A DNA stretch of 64,000 nt from Callorhinchus milii (Eukaryota). Of the stretch, positions 52,746 to 64,000 are shown piece by piece. The stretch lies in the NCBI RefSeq assembly GCF_018977255.1, contig NW_024704743.1:66838001-66902000 (forward strand), written 5' to 3'. Below the pieces are notes generated by a model. That model saw only the letters and a list, made by a program, of their open reading frames with translations, searched no databases and was not told the DNA's origin. The position numbers and the translations under genes are program-made. Each line of letters begins with the position of its first letter. Position 1 is the stretch's first letter.

Positions 52746-54209
52746 AACAGTAGCAACAAACAAAACAAAACATGATTCCGGCACAATCATTGTGGATTTC
52801 ACAGCTGTGGTCAGTCTTTAGCAACACAGCAAATTGGAAAACTCATTGTAACTTAAAAGATTCCATGTGAGCACATGGGATTTCTTAAGAAACATTGCAA
52901 TCTTCAGCCCCCATAAAAGCAACACAATTGCTTCTGTTTTGTTGTATGCTCCTCTGATACTACCACATCCAAAAAATAAGTGTGTGGTACCATTCTAAAG
53001 ATCAATTTCTCCAATCAATAGCTCTTTGCTGTTGACACAGGGCATTCTTAATGAAAACGCAAAAAGAAAATGAAGCCATTGCAGATGCTATTATGTTCCA
53101 TGTCATGGCAATATGGCGATCTAACTGATAGTTACTGAACATTCTGTTCAACCCTTCCCAATTGAACTTTGTACAAAGTCTCCGGAAGCATTGGCTTAAA
53201 GTTCCATTACTGGAAAAGTTACACACAACACAAAATTCTGTTCCACAACGAATTAATATGTTATATATTGTAACTGCAGATGAGTGGTAGTAACACTGCT
53301 CCTTTCACAAATCGCATGGAAACAATTCTTGGGTGGCTTTCTTACACTCATATTGCATTCACACTACTGGGAACAAAGCCATTCCACTCTCAGGAGTATA
53401 GCAGTGTGGAGCAGGAGGCTTGATTTATACTTCCCAATGCTTCATTTTAAGCCAGTGGAGCTTAAAGCTGGTGGAGCAACACTGAAAAGTTGCTGCTTTT
53501 CAAGGGCATAGTGGGGGTGAGGGGGCTTTTCACTTTTCTCTCTATCTGTGTCTCTCTTTTCACTAACTTAAAAGACATATGTTGTTGATACCGAACCTTT
53601 AAGAGCCTCTCCTGAAGTGCAGAGGGTGTTGAGGGAATTCACTCCCAATTCAAACCTATCGCTAAACACAGGTTCAACCATACTTTCTGTTCATGTATAT
53701 CCATCCATGTTTGTCAGTGAATCAATGCAAAAATGCTGCCAATTCACCTAAGACCCAACTACAGTTGCATGCCTCGATGAATACAAACCCACATTCATAT
53801 TTCAGACCTCAGGATCTTAGAAAAGTTGTCAAAGTCATCTTTACTTAAAGGAGACAATACAGCCACAGTTAAGTAATATTAATAACTCCTTACCCACAAA
53901 TCACATTCCAGGTCCTCAAGCATCGTTGTTAAATTATTCATATAAATAGACCTTTTGTTGTGAGCTTGTAAGAGTTCATTTAATTCATTATGCACCAGAA
54001 AAGATAAACTGAGGTAACATAAATGGAAGATGTCATAGTGAATCGCATTCACGAGGAATGCCCACAAATATACGATCCATTCACTTTACAGTCTATTCTG
54101 TGAAGCGCTTTGAGATGTTGAGAAGACGTGAAAAGCACTATAGCAAATGCAAGGATTATTATTATTATTATTATTATTCAGCTCCCATCTTTGGTGTCAT
54201 TGAAAGTGT

Positions 54210-54775
54210 TATAAATTGGTGAGACCCTACTTAAGAGTACTGCGTACAGTTCTGTTTGCTGCTGTACAAAAAGGATATTAGAGAAATTGAGAAGATACAG
54301 AGGAGGGGAACGAAAATGACTGCGGGAATGGAGGGACTGGACTATGAGGAGCGACTAAGTAAATTGGGCATGTTCATACTGGAAAAGAGAAGATTGAGAG
54401 GTGACATAATTGCTGTCTTTAAGATTCTCAAGGGGCAAAACAATACATATCATGACAGGCTGTTTCAACTTATCCAGAATAGTAGAACCAGAGGACACAG
54501 CCGACGATTGAAAGGGGGAAATTCAGAACGAATCTACGCAAACACTATTTCAGTGAGCGAATAGTGAACCTGTGGAACAAGCTTCCTAGGAAGACAGTCA
54601 AAGCAGGAAGTGTTGATTCTTTCAAACATAGATTAGATAGTTTTCTTTTAGGAAATAACATTATGGGATATAGTACATAGGTAGTTTGGGACATATGTGT
54701 ATGCGACAGCCAAGAAGGTGGAAGACAAACTAGATGGACCTTGGTCTTTTTTCATCTAGCATTTCTTATGTTCTT
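54210..54775 (+). mobile_element. CR1 3' end (different subfamily)
   Basis: KKDIREIEKIQRRGTKM...LEKRRLRGD...SRTRGHS..L; tail ttcttatgttctt. Confidence 0.92.
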
Positions 54776-54814
54776 ATAAACGTGGTCTCCTTAGAACTCC
54801 TTAGGTCGAGGTTG

Positions 54815-54985
54815 ATTTAATAACTACTTTTAAAAACACGGTGGACAAGTATTTGAGGAGGATGGGCTTGCAGGGTTATGGGGAAAGGGTTGGGGAGTGG
54901 GATTGACATTACATTGCTCTTTTCAAAGAGCCGGCGCAAACTCGATGGGCCGAATGGCCTCTTTTTGTGCTGTATGATTCTTGAT
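54815..54985 (+). mobile_element. CR1 3' tail fragment
   Basis: tggacaagtatttg...ttgcagggttatgggg...gatgggccgaatggcctc...tgtgctgtatgattct. Confidence 0.8.
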
Positions 54986-56372
54986 TTTATGAACTCATTA
55001 GAAGATGTGTAATGTTGCATTTTTCACCTTGATTGAATTTTTTGCTGAATCTTCTGAAACAAAATGACAGGACTAGAGGCTAATGGATGTTTCAAAGAAG
55101 AGGAAGGTTCCATGGGTTTAATCATTTTATATTTATGTGAATTATTAAATGGCTATATTTGTTCACACTGGGGAAAAAAAGACTCAGTTATCTAAAATTA
55201 TGGTTTAATAGTTTTTCTCTGTTTAGGCCTTTAGCCTTATGAATATTTTCAAATTGTTTTAGCATGATCACTGATACCAGGAGATTTGCTGACCTCCATA
55301 ATATAAGGAAGCTTAGTTAACAAGTTGTACATAGACAAGATGCTAAAGTATTGATAAGCTGCTTCATATTGTCAGCCTCAGCAACTCTTCCAAGACAGAT
55401 CTCCTGTTAATGTCATTAGTACTCCAAAATCTAACTGGGTCATAATTCTTTTAAAACAAGAGGATTACTGTTAGCACTTTCAATACAACAAAGTTCTTGA
55501 AAACCTCACTGTCTTGTTTTGCATTGCCTTAGTGCAGCTTCCCAGTGGTCCCAAATTCCACCTATCTTAACTGGTAAATCCTCATCTGAAGATCTTAAAC
55601 TTTAATATTGTGGAAAATTATGGAAAAATCTATAATCCGGTCTTGATTTAGATGCTAGTCGTTTTTCATGAACAATAGAAAAATGGCTTTCAAATAAAGA
55701 CTGAATTTTCAGCAAGTTGGGATGTCCTACCAAAGTGAAAGGCACTATATAAATGTAATTTTTGTTGTTATTATTGAATTTAAGAATTTTGCATAATATT
55801 AAATTATAAGACAAATTGTTCATACAGGCTAAGACTTGATGAATTTCAGGGATGTGGTATCCAGTGATAGCCATTGCAAAGAGATAGCTTCTTTGAAGGG
55901 CAAATCCATCAGTGGGTCACTTCACGGAAGCAGATTCTGCATCCTTTGCTGAAGGTGCTGTCTTTCAGATCAAGCAATGGACTCATCTGCCTGTTTTTTT
56001 TTCAGGATGTCATTAAAGATCTCATGGCACTATTCAAAGACGTGTGGGGTGTTAAGAAACATAGGAAAATAGGAACAGGAGCAGTCCATTCAACCCACAA
56101 AAGAGCTTTGTCAGTGTCTTGACCAACATTCTTCCCTCATTTAAATTTACTGAAAAAAATCAGGCTAATTGGTTATTCTCTGTTTGTGGGTCATTGCTGA
56201 TACAGATTGTCTACATAACACTTCAAAGTGTAGTAAAAGGTTTCTGTATACATAATAATAATAATCCTTACATTTGGTATAGTGTCTTTCAAGTTAGAAG
56301 GACAACTTACAGAGCTTCACAGGATACACTATAAAGTATAGCAACTTGCATTTTTGCATTTTTTGCATTTTT

Positions 56373-56610
56373 TTTGATATAGCGCTTTTCACGTCGGGAG
56401 GACGTCCCATAGCGCTTCACAGTAAAGTGAATTGACTGTATATTTGTGGGCGAACGCGGCAGCCAATTGCGCATAGCAATGTCCCACAAACAGTCGTAGA
56501 TTGAAAATGAACAATTTATTATTGTTTTTGTTGTTGGAGGGATTATTATTAGGCGTGTGGAGTAAGGAAACTTGCCCAAGGTTTCGCCCTGCCTGGAATT
56601 GAACTCAGGT
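56373..56610 (-). mobile_element. Composite tRNA SINE, short form, head truncated near the B box
   Basis: Matches the 51690 copy from cctgagttcaattcc onward. Confidence 0.9.
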
Positions 56611-56854
56611 CAACTGTGTTTTGTCAGCAAACATACTACATTATAAATTTACAACACAAGCATAGTTAGGAACATGAGAAGGCCATTAGATTCAATGATC
56701 ATGTCCTTTTTTAATATCAACACCTCCACCATCTGCTTCAATTCCCTCTCTCCAAAGAAATGCATCTGGTTGCCTCTTAAACATTTTTTTCTTAAAAAAA
56801 TGAGGTTCAAGTAGACATTAGAGATTCCAGATGTCAGAAGTCAAGTGACCAACT

Positions 56855-57485
56855 AATGACTACCCTCCTTGGGGGAGGAGATAAGCATGATCTCCTACTA
56901 GTTTAACTGGCTCAAAGGTGACATATTTGGGTCTGATCTCTATAATCCAGTTCCTGAACCTAAACCCAGCACCTTGGGACATCCTCCCAATGTGAAAGGC
57001 ACTATACAAGTGTAATCTTCTTGTTTTTGTTGTTGTTGTAAACCAGGAACTGCTGATGACAGCACAGCCAGCCTAGCTCATCGGCAAGACTCAGGAAGGT
57101 AGACCATTTACTGGGCACAGGGAGTCATCCCACTCAGCTCCTGTTAACCCTGCAAGTCAAAGCCCTAACAGATAGAGTGGTCCTAGCTGGAATAATAGTG
57201 AGAAAGCATGCCAGGCATTGCTTTGAATGGCAAGCAATGTGATTTTAGCTGGTTAGACTCCAGCAGTACCTCAACGCAGTACCAAGCCTTGGCTCTTGCC
57301 AACCTGCTTTCCAGAATTAGGTAAGCAGGCATCCCTCCAGGAAGAGAGTGCGCATTCCATTCCAATAAATATCTTGGAATTTGCATGTGTAGATGGGATG
57401 CATGGAACTCTGTCTGGTTTGGATACTCTTAAGCATACAGTTGAGTTTCTACATGTATTAGATCCTCAGCTGACCAAAAATAAAA
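56855..57485 (+). mobile_element. Unclassified ~600-bp repeat, copy 4, containing an L2-tail insertion
   Basis: Shared blocks with copies 1 and 2; ends gctgaccaaaaataaaaa. Confidence 0.85.
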
Positions 57486-57725
57486 ATAGGGTAGACCACT
57501 TACTGGGGGCAGGGAGTCATCCAATGTGCAATATCAAATGCAAGGATTATTATTATTTTAAGTCTCCTTTGGAGTAATCTTGTTATTTAGCTGCCCCTAC
57601 ATTGCCATTCCCAAAGACTTACAATGATCTGATTCAATGACCTTCCCTGTCAATCTATTTCACTGTCCATACATAAAACTATCCCTTAACTTCCCTTCAT
57701 TACTCCTTGAATACTAAAGGCATTG

Positions 57726-58305
57726 CAACAACAACAACAAATTATATTTGTATAGTGCCTTTCACATCGGGAGGACATCCCAATACACTGGACCCGAGCA
57801 GGGGCTTGGAATTAGGGGGGGATGGAGGGCAGGGAAGGTAGGGGTAGGAGGGTGGTAGAAGGCATGGTCAAAGATGAGGATCTTGAGATGTACCTTGAAG
57901 GAGGCAAGGGAGGGAGCAAGCCAAAGGGACTGTGGAATGGAGTTCCAAAGGGTGGGGGCAGAGAGATTGAAGGCCTGACCGCCAATAGTGGGGCGGGCTA
58001 GGCGGGGGACGTGGAGCAGGTCAAAGCCAGATGAGCGGAGGGAGCAGAGAGTCAACATGGGGTTATCAGGCCACAGAGGTAGGCAGCAGCAAGGCCGTGG
58101 AGGGCTTTGAAGGTGAGGACAAGGATTTGAACTCTATCTTCTGGGGGATATGGAGCCAGTGGAGCCGGGCATGGGTGGGGGGTGATAGGGTCATGGAGCC
58201 TGGTGCAGGAGAGGACATGAGCTGTAGAGTTCTGGATGATCTGCAGCATGTGAATGGAACAGTTGAAAAGGCCAACAAGCAGTGAGCTGGAGTAGTCAAG
58301 CTTTG
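57726..58305 (-). mobile_element. L2 3' fragment with tail
   Basis: KLDYSSSLL..QNSTAHVL, ARLHWL, LLHVPRLARPTIGGQAFNLSAPTLWNSIP; (CAA)n. Confidence 0.92.
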
Positions 58306-58934
58306 TGAAAACATAAAGCCACAAAATCAAAGGCACGCAGTAAATACAATATTTTTATTAAATTCCCTCAGGCAGGTTATTTTTGTGTTAGTGAATCTGC
58401 TGGTGCATAATGGACAACGATTTTCTGAATTTTTTTCAACATTTACAACAAGCCAGTTCATATCAATCATCTTCCATGGAGCCCGGAGTCCCTGCGTCTC
58501 AAAAGCTTTTTGTTCAAAACCTTTTCATATAAGCCATACCAAAAATGCATTAGAATACAAATGCAAACAACTGTGAAAGGATATCAGACGATAAGAATTT
58601 TATAACCTTATCTGGAGAAGACTGCAATGCTCCTCACTCCGTGGTCTTTTTATTATCTTTAGAATTCGATTATAAAGTGTACTTCAGAAATACATGGCAT
58701 GTAATCATCTCTGAAATGCACTGGCCACTCTCCTTGTTCAAATATTAACTGTTTAACTTTCAAAGAACTTTAAACCTTTTTTTTGATCAAACTTTTGTCG
58801 GACAACTAATTTGTTTTGAAGGTAAAGTCTGTTGTATTCGTTGATGCATAAATCAATACTGCATTGTAATTTAATATAATTTTTGGATTTTTGTAGGATT
58901 AATAAAACTAGATTAGCAAAATAATACTTTTACA

Positions 58935-59160
58935 TAGGTCATAAGAACAGAAAGGGGCCATTCAGCCCATTAAGGCTATTCTGCTACTTTATTGGATCAT
59001 TGCAAATGTTTGAACTGCATTTCTCCTTTTTTTTCTCCATACCCTTTAATAACTTTAATTGTCAAGGATATCTATCTCCCTTATAAATAAACCGATTGAA
59101 TCTGCCTTTATAGCCTTCAGAAGTAATGCATTCCAGTTTTACAACATTCTGGATGAAGCA
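58935..59160 (-). mobile_element. Old CR1 tail fragment
   Basis: cataagaacagaaaggggccattcagccc...gcattccag. Confidence 0.6.
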
Positions 59161-61049
59161 TTAGTTTAGCTATTATCTGGAGAAGACTGTTGATTGATTG
59201 TTCATCCCAGTTACTCCAAGTACAATTGAAACCCAGAAATTGCAGATTGTTTTATATCAAAGACAGAAAGCTGGCTATCAATCACCCATTAATAGAATTA
59301 ATAATTCACTCCATGTCAGGTTGAGGAACATTGCTGGGCACAAATTAGCAGCCGGGTTTGCCTACAAATGTCATTACATTTTACAGTAAATTCTGCAAAA
59401 CGCTTTGGGATGTCATTCCAATGTTAAAAATACTTTGGCAATTCCAAGGATTATTATTATTAACTGATTGTTGGTGGTGGTTAGAATTATTTTATGCAGA
59501 TGATTATTGAAATAGAGAACGCTTCACCACAAGTGGTTGTTAAAAAGGCATGTCTATTCCACACTGGACTCAAGCAAAGCTTCTAAAAGTTGCCATATTT
59601 AAAATCACTTGTAAAATATAACATATGTAAAAATAAAATGTAATATTCTATATATACTAGATATTTGGGGGGGAAAAAAACCACCAAGCATTTTTCTGCT
59701 CAATTATCTGACAGAACCACATGGGAAATTCCACCCAGCAGAGATAAAACATTCTGTGACACAGCGCATGGTAGTTAAACTGGAATTTGTGTGATTAACC
59801 CTTCCTATAAGACACAGATGTAGAAATTCCACTGGCAATGTTGATTTGAAAAATTGTGTGGAGCTGAAATTACAGAGTTGGAACTGCAGCTTTCAATGGA
59901 GGGAGTGTCCACAGAGTAAGGGAATAAGGAAGGCATGAGAGGATGGTTGATGGTTGAATGCATTTGAAGCCACAAGAAGACATTGGCAGGATATAAGGAA
60001 ATGAATTAATGACATTAAGGGATGGCAATCAGAAAATTGTGGTTAATCTCCAAGCCAGATGTGCTTCCGGAGGATTTGTTGAATAAAGAAAGTCCTCCAG
60101 TTGTTTGCCCTGAGAAACTGTAACATGTACAAAAGGTGTAATTAGGAAGTAGCTCCACTGACTGCAGCATTGTGTCATTATATCAATATTTATAATGATG
60201 CAACAAAACCAAAAGCTGTCTGATGTTGCAGTGGTAAGAAAGTAGGGTGGGTATACTGCAAGGATGAGATAGAATTGGTAAAAGGGCAGTTTACATTAAT
60301 ATATTTCTTGTAATAGGGTGAATACCTGCAAACGGAATGATTAAAATGCACAAATCATACGTAGCATTTAATAAAAAAAACTTGCATTTGTATAGCACCC
60401 TTCACGAAGGATAACATCTCAGAGCACTTACACAGATAATAAAAATAATAATAATCCTTGCATTTGATATTTTTATATAATGTGATATTTTGTATATTGT
60501 ATATTTGTGCTAGCCTTATCACATCATTGAGAAGTCTCAAAACTCTTCAGAGTTCAGAGTGTAAATTGGATTTACTGTTTATTTTGGTCGGACAGTGAGC
60601 AAGGGAGGAGGGAGAGGGATAGTGGATCAAAGGGGTTACTTTTCAAGCTGGATTTAAAAATAGATACAGAGAGGATGAGGCAGATGGGTTCAGTGAGGGA
60701 GTTCCAGAGGTTAAGAGCGTAGTTGCTGAAGGCTTGGTAGCATGGAGTGGGTGGGGGCTGCACAGCAGGCCCAAGTTCTGAGTTGTTGTAGTATTTAGTA
60801 TAAACTGTACCTCATTACTCAATAGTTTAGAACTGTAAAGACATGCAGGTAGAGTCATACCCTCCCAGCTTTGTTCTTACTTCTCTCTGCAATTCACACA
60901 ACAGAGATATTACTTAACAACTCTCAACCTATGGAATATGTGACAGCTCTAAAACAAATTGGCTGCTGCATTTGTCTATTATAAGTTTGTCATTTTCTGT
61001 GAGAGTGACATAACTCCTTATGACCTCTTATATTATATTGCCATATATA

Positions 61050-61703
61050 TGTTAGCGTAAAGTTGTGAAACCAGGGATTTCATGAAATCCCCGAAATTTT
61101 CAGTAAAATTGGTAAACCATGAAGTCATTGAAATTAGGAGTAAGGGATTACATGAAAAAGTGATCCCAGCAGTGGATAGGAGTAGAGGGGATTCCAGGAC
61201 TATCCTTTGTGTTATCATTAATAGAGATTTAGACACTGACCAGTACAAGATAGCAGTGAAGGCCGGCATCCTGAGGGGTTACTATTCCAGGAACCAACGA
61301 TTTCTAACAGATACCTGCATCAACCAGGAGAAGTCAGTGTCACTCTATGAAGCTGTCATTGCACAGTCTGTTTGTGGTGAACAAGGCTTTACAAAGTGTA
61401 ACTGTGGTCAGAAGAAATGTCAGACCAACCATTGTAAATGCTTCAAAGCAAAACTAAAATGTAACTCTTGGTGTCATGGAAGCCTTACTTGCGTTAACAA
61501 ATAAACATTAGACTCATCAGTTACTTGAAATTTATGGTGAACAAATTATTTTTTATAATGTGTAATTTATTTGTTGATAATACTAACAGGTGTCAGCGCA
61601 AGGCTATCAATATGATGAAATGAGCACTTTTTCAGAAAATCCCTGACTCCTAATTTAAGTGATTTCATGGTTTCTCAATTTTACTGAAAATTTCAGGGAT
61701 TTT
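61050..61703 (+). mobile_element. Ginger2/Tdd-like DNA transposon, internally deleted
   Basis: 5'-TGTTAG terminus; inverted repeats 61085-61162 / 61625-61703; internal frame IPAVDRSRGD...YSRNQ...QGFTKCNC..KCQTNHCKCFKAKLKCNSWCH..LTCVNK resembles C-termini of KRBA2/SCAND3-like transposases. Confidence 0.75.
61163..61504 (+). pseudogene. Transposase C-terminal fragment (Cys-rich), lacking the catalytic domain
   Basis: Part of ORF 61082-61504; its first ~27 codons are read-through of the left inverted repeat. Confidence 0.75.
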
Positions 61704-62617
61704 GTGTAATGTAAATTGGAAATGTGCACAAAGTTTTGTGTAATGTAAATTTTGTGTAAATGTAAATTGTATTGTTCCTAACCTGACTCAGTTTACCCAC
61801 AAAACCACACTCATGTTACGAAATAGCCAAGCCCTGCTCCATGCTAATCAAACTCCCTCTGGGCCCTCAGGGCTAAACCAACTCTCTCGCCAACTATTTG
61901 GCACTGGTAACCTCCTTGTACTGAATGAAGTTGCCAATATCACAGAGCCCCGCCTCAGGGCTCCATTTTTGGCTTTCTGCAATCAAGATTTTACAGGTCA
62001 GCCAAACCACTAGCAACTGGTGTTGTTGTAGTGCCACATTGTCAAGGCAGGCAGCCTTGGTGATCTCCTTCTGCTGCAGTTATCTCCTTACAAGCTACAA
62101 TGCTTTTATTCTACCGGAGTGTGTGCTCAGGAGATCAGCCAATCAATACAAGATGCTATCCTAGCTCAGCTTAATTTTGAAAATGTAATAAAAAAATCTT
62201 TGCATAGTTCTAGGCTGTAAAATTCTTTAAAACAAATGCAAAAAGTCTGTGTTTCATACAGATAGACTAGATTGTCTGGCATGCTAATTGTTTCTACAAA
62301 TAAAATAAATCTGTATATCACCTGGTTTGGAACCTTGCTAGTGTTGGTTTAAGATAATGCATTCTAATTTGTTTTCTGAATACAATGCCTCTTTTATAGG
62401 TACACACACACACACACAGTCAAGAATGCTAAAAAGTTCAATATACAATTAAAGACAACATACATTATTTTTGCTCCCTCTCCCCCACTGTTCACAACAC
62501 ATGTCAAAATGTACCTTTTTGACCTCACTTTTGGTCAGCCTTCCCCTCCCCTCTTGGCACAGCTGCCCAGCCAGCATTGTGAAACACTTTGGGACATCCT
62601 TCTAACTTGAAAGGCAT

Positions 62618-62937
62618 AATAATAGTAATAATCGTTGCATTTAATATAGCGCTTTTCACATCTTCTCGACGTCTCAAGGCGCTTCACAAAATAGACTGCA
62701 AAGTGAATTGACCATATATTTGTGAGCGAAATGCAGCAGCCAGTTGCACACAGCAGTATTCCACAAACAGTCGTGGATTGAAAATGACCAATTTATTATT
62801 GTTTTTTGTTTTTGGAGGGATTATTATCAGGCGTGTGGAGTAAGGAAACTTGCCCAAGGTTTTGCCCTGCCTGGAATTGAATCCAGGTGTCTCGCTTGCA
62901 AGGCGAGTGCTCTAACCACTGAGCTACAGGACTCCAC
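62618..62937 (-). mobile_element. Composite tRNA SINE, short form
   Basis: Full head, body and tail. Confidence 0.9.
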
Positions 62938-63290
62938 AAATATATATGTATTGTATTCAAAGATTATTATTATATTACAGCTGGAGATAGCTTCACACAC
63001 AATGTTCTTTCCCCCAGCATTCAGCCCCAAATTGCAAACTCTGTGCTGCTGATGTAGAGTTATATAAGCTGACAGCATGTGACTAAACTACATAGCTCAG
63101 GTAATTGACACAGTGTGGTGCTGGTAATTGTTTTGTTGGAAGCAACATCTTTGGGGACAAAAATATATCACTGCACAACTAAAAAAAATTATACTACTTT
63201 ATTTCAGTTCTGCCTTGTTTTGATAAAATGAACCAGTTTCAAAGTAATTAAACTTTCTGCTTCTCAACTGTCATAGCGTGGCAGTCTATT

Positions 63291-63635
63291 AACAACAAGA
63301 TTACATTCATATAGCACCTTTCACGTCAGGAGGACGTCACAAGGCGCTAGACAGAGTACAGCATTTCAGACCCAAGCTGGGGTTGGGAGGTTAAGGGAGG
63401 GGAGGGGAAGGGAGGTGGCCAATGGCATGGTCGAAGAGGAGGGTCTTGAGGCGGGACTTGAAGGAGGCTAAGGAGGGGTTGAGGCGGAGTGACTGGGGGA
63501 TGGAATTCCAGAGGTTGGGGGCAGAGTTGCTGAAGGCTCTCCCGCCAATGGTGGGGTGGGTGGGTCAGGGGACGTGGAGCAGGCCAGAGCCGGCTGAGCG
63601 GAGGGAGCGAGCGGGTTGGTAGGGGGTTAGGGGAT
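63291..63635 (-). mobile_element. L2 3' end
   Basis: Tail aacaacaagattacattcatatagcacctttcacgtcaggaggacgtc and ORF2 C-terminal remnant, similar to the 13862 copy. Confidence 0.92.
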
Positions 63636-64000
63636 TAAATGCAATTATTACTACAACGTTCTGTAATATGTCATTCCTTTATGCGGTTGACTACTCATTG
63701 AAGATGTACTAAGGGTACTTTTTTATTTATGCAATGCGCTGTAAATTTCTTAACAATGCTGGGAATTGAAAGAGTCATTGATGTTGTAAGATCGTGAGAT
63801 ACGTACAAAACGTAATAAAATATAGGTGCTACTTATCTTGCTAATTAATATCCAACAGATAGGTTTCAAAAATGCCTCAGGATACAAACCTTGAGCCGAC
63901 TTGTTCCCTTCATTATTGCACAATCACAGGACTTTAATGATCTGACATGGTGGGGCACAGCAATGCAGATCCTGACAATTCACTTGAATCAAATGGGCAT

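Overview
Repeat-dense, gene-poor vertebrate DNA. The repeat content (CR1 and L2 LINEs, Deu-domain tRNA-derived SINEs of SacSINE1/AmnSINE type) points to a cartilaginous fish, possibly a chimaera; this assignment is inference. I could not identify any host protein-coding gene with confidence. Most ORFs in the track are LINE fragments, antisense shadows or SINE read-throughs, and there are two weak exon candidates (35-91 +, 13157-13282 -). Notable structures seen directly: (1) an internally deleted Ginger2/Tdd-like DNA transposon with ~78-bp inverted repeats and a Cys-rich transposase C-terminus (61050-61703); (2) a 775-bp TG...CA solo-LTR-like element with a 4-bp TSD and a CpG-rich 39-bp tandem array, nested in a SINE (19845-20619); (3) an unclassified ~600-bp A-tailed interspersed repeat, present as 4 long copies plus a 3' stub; (4) a composite tRNA-Ala/CORE-like/Deu/L2-tail SINE in long and short forms; (5) a 79-nt near-perfect foldback hairpin inside an L2 (27253-27331); (6) a pogo/Tigger transposase fossil split by a SINE; (7) a hAT MITE with an 8-bp TSD; (8) several repeat-free islands rich in homeodomain/Sox/Pbx motifs that may be conserved enhancers. 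Family names come from recalled consensus motifs, not database searches, and boundaries of old repeats are approximate.
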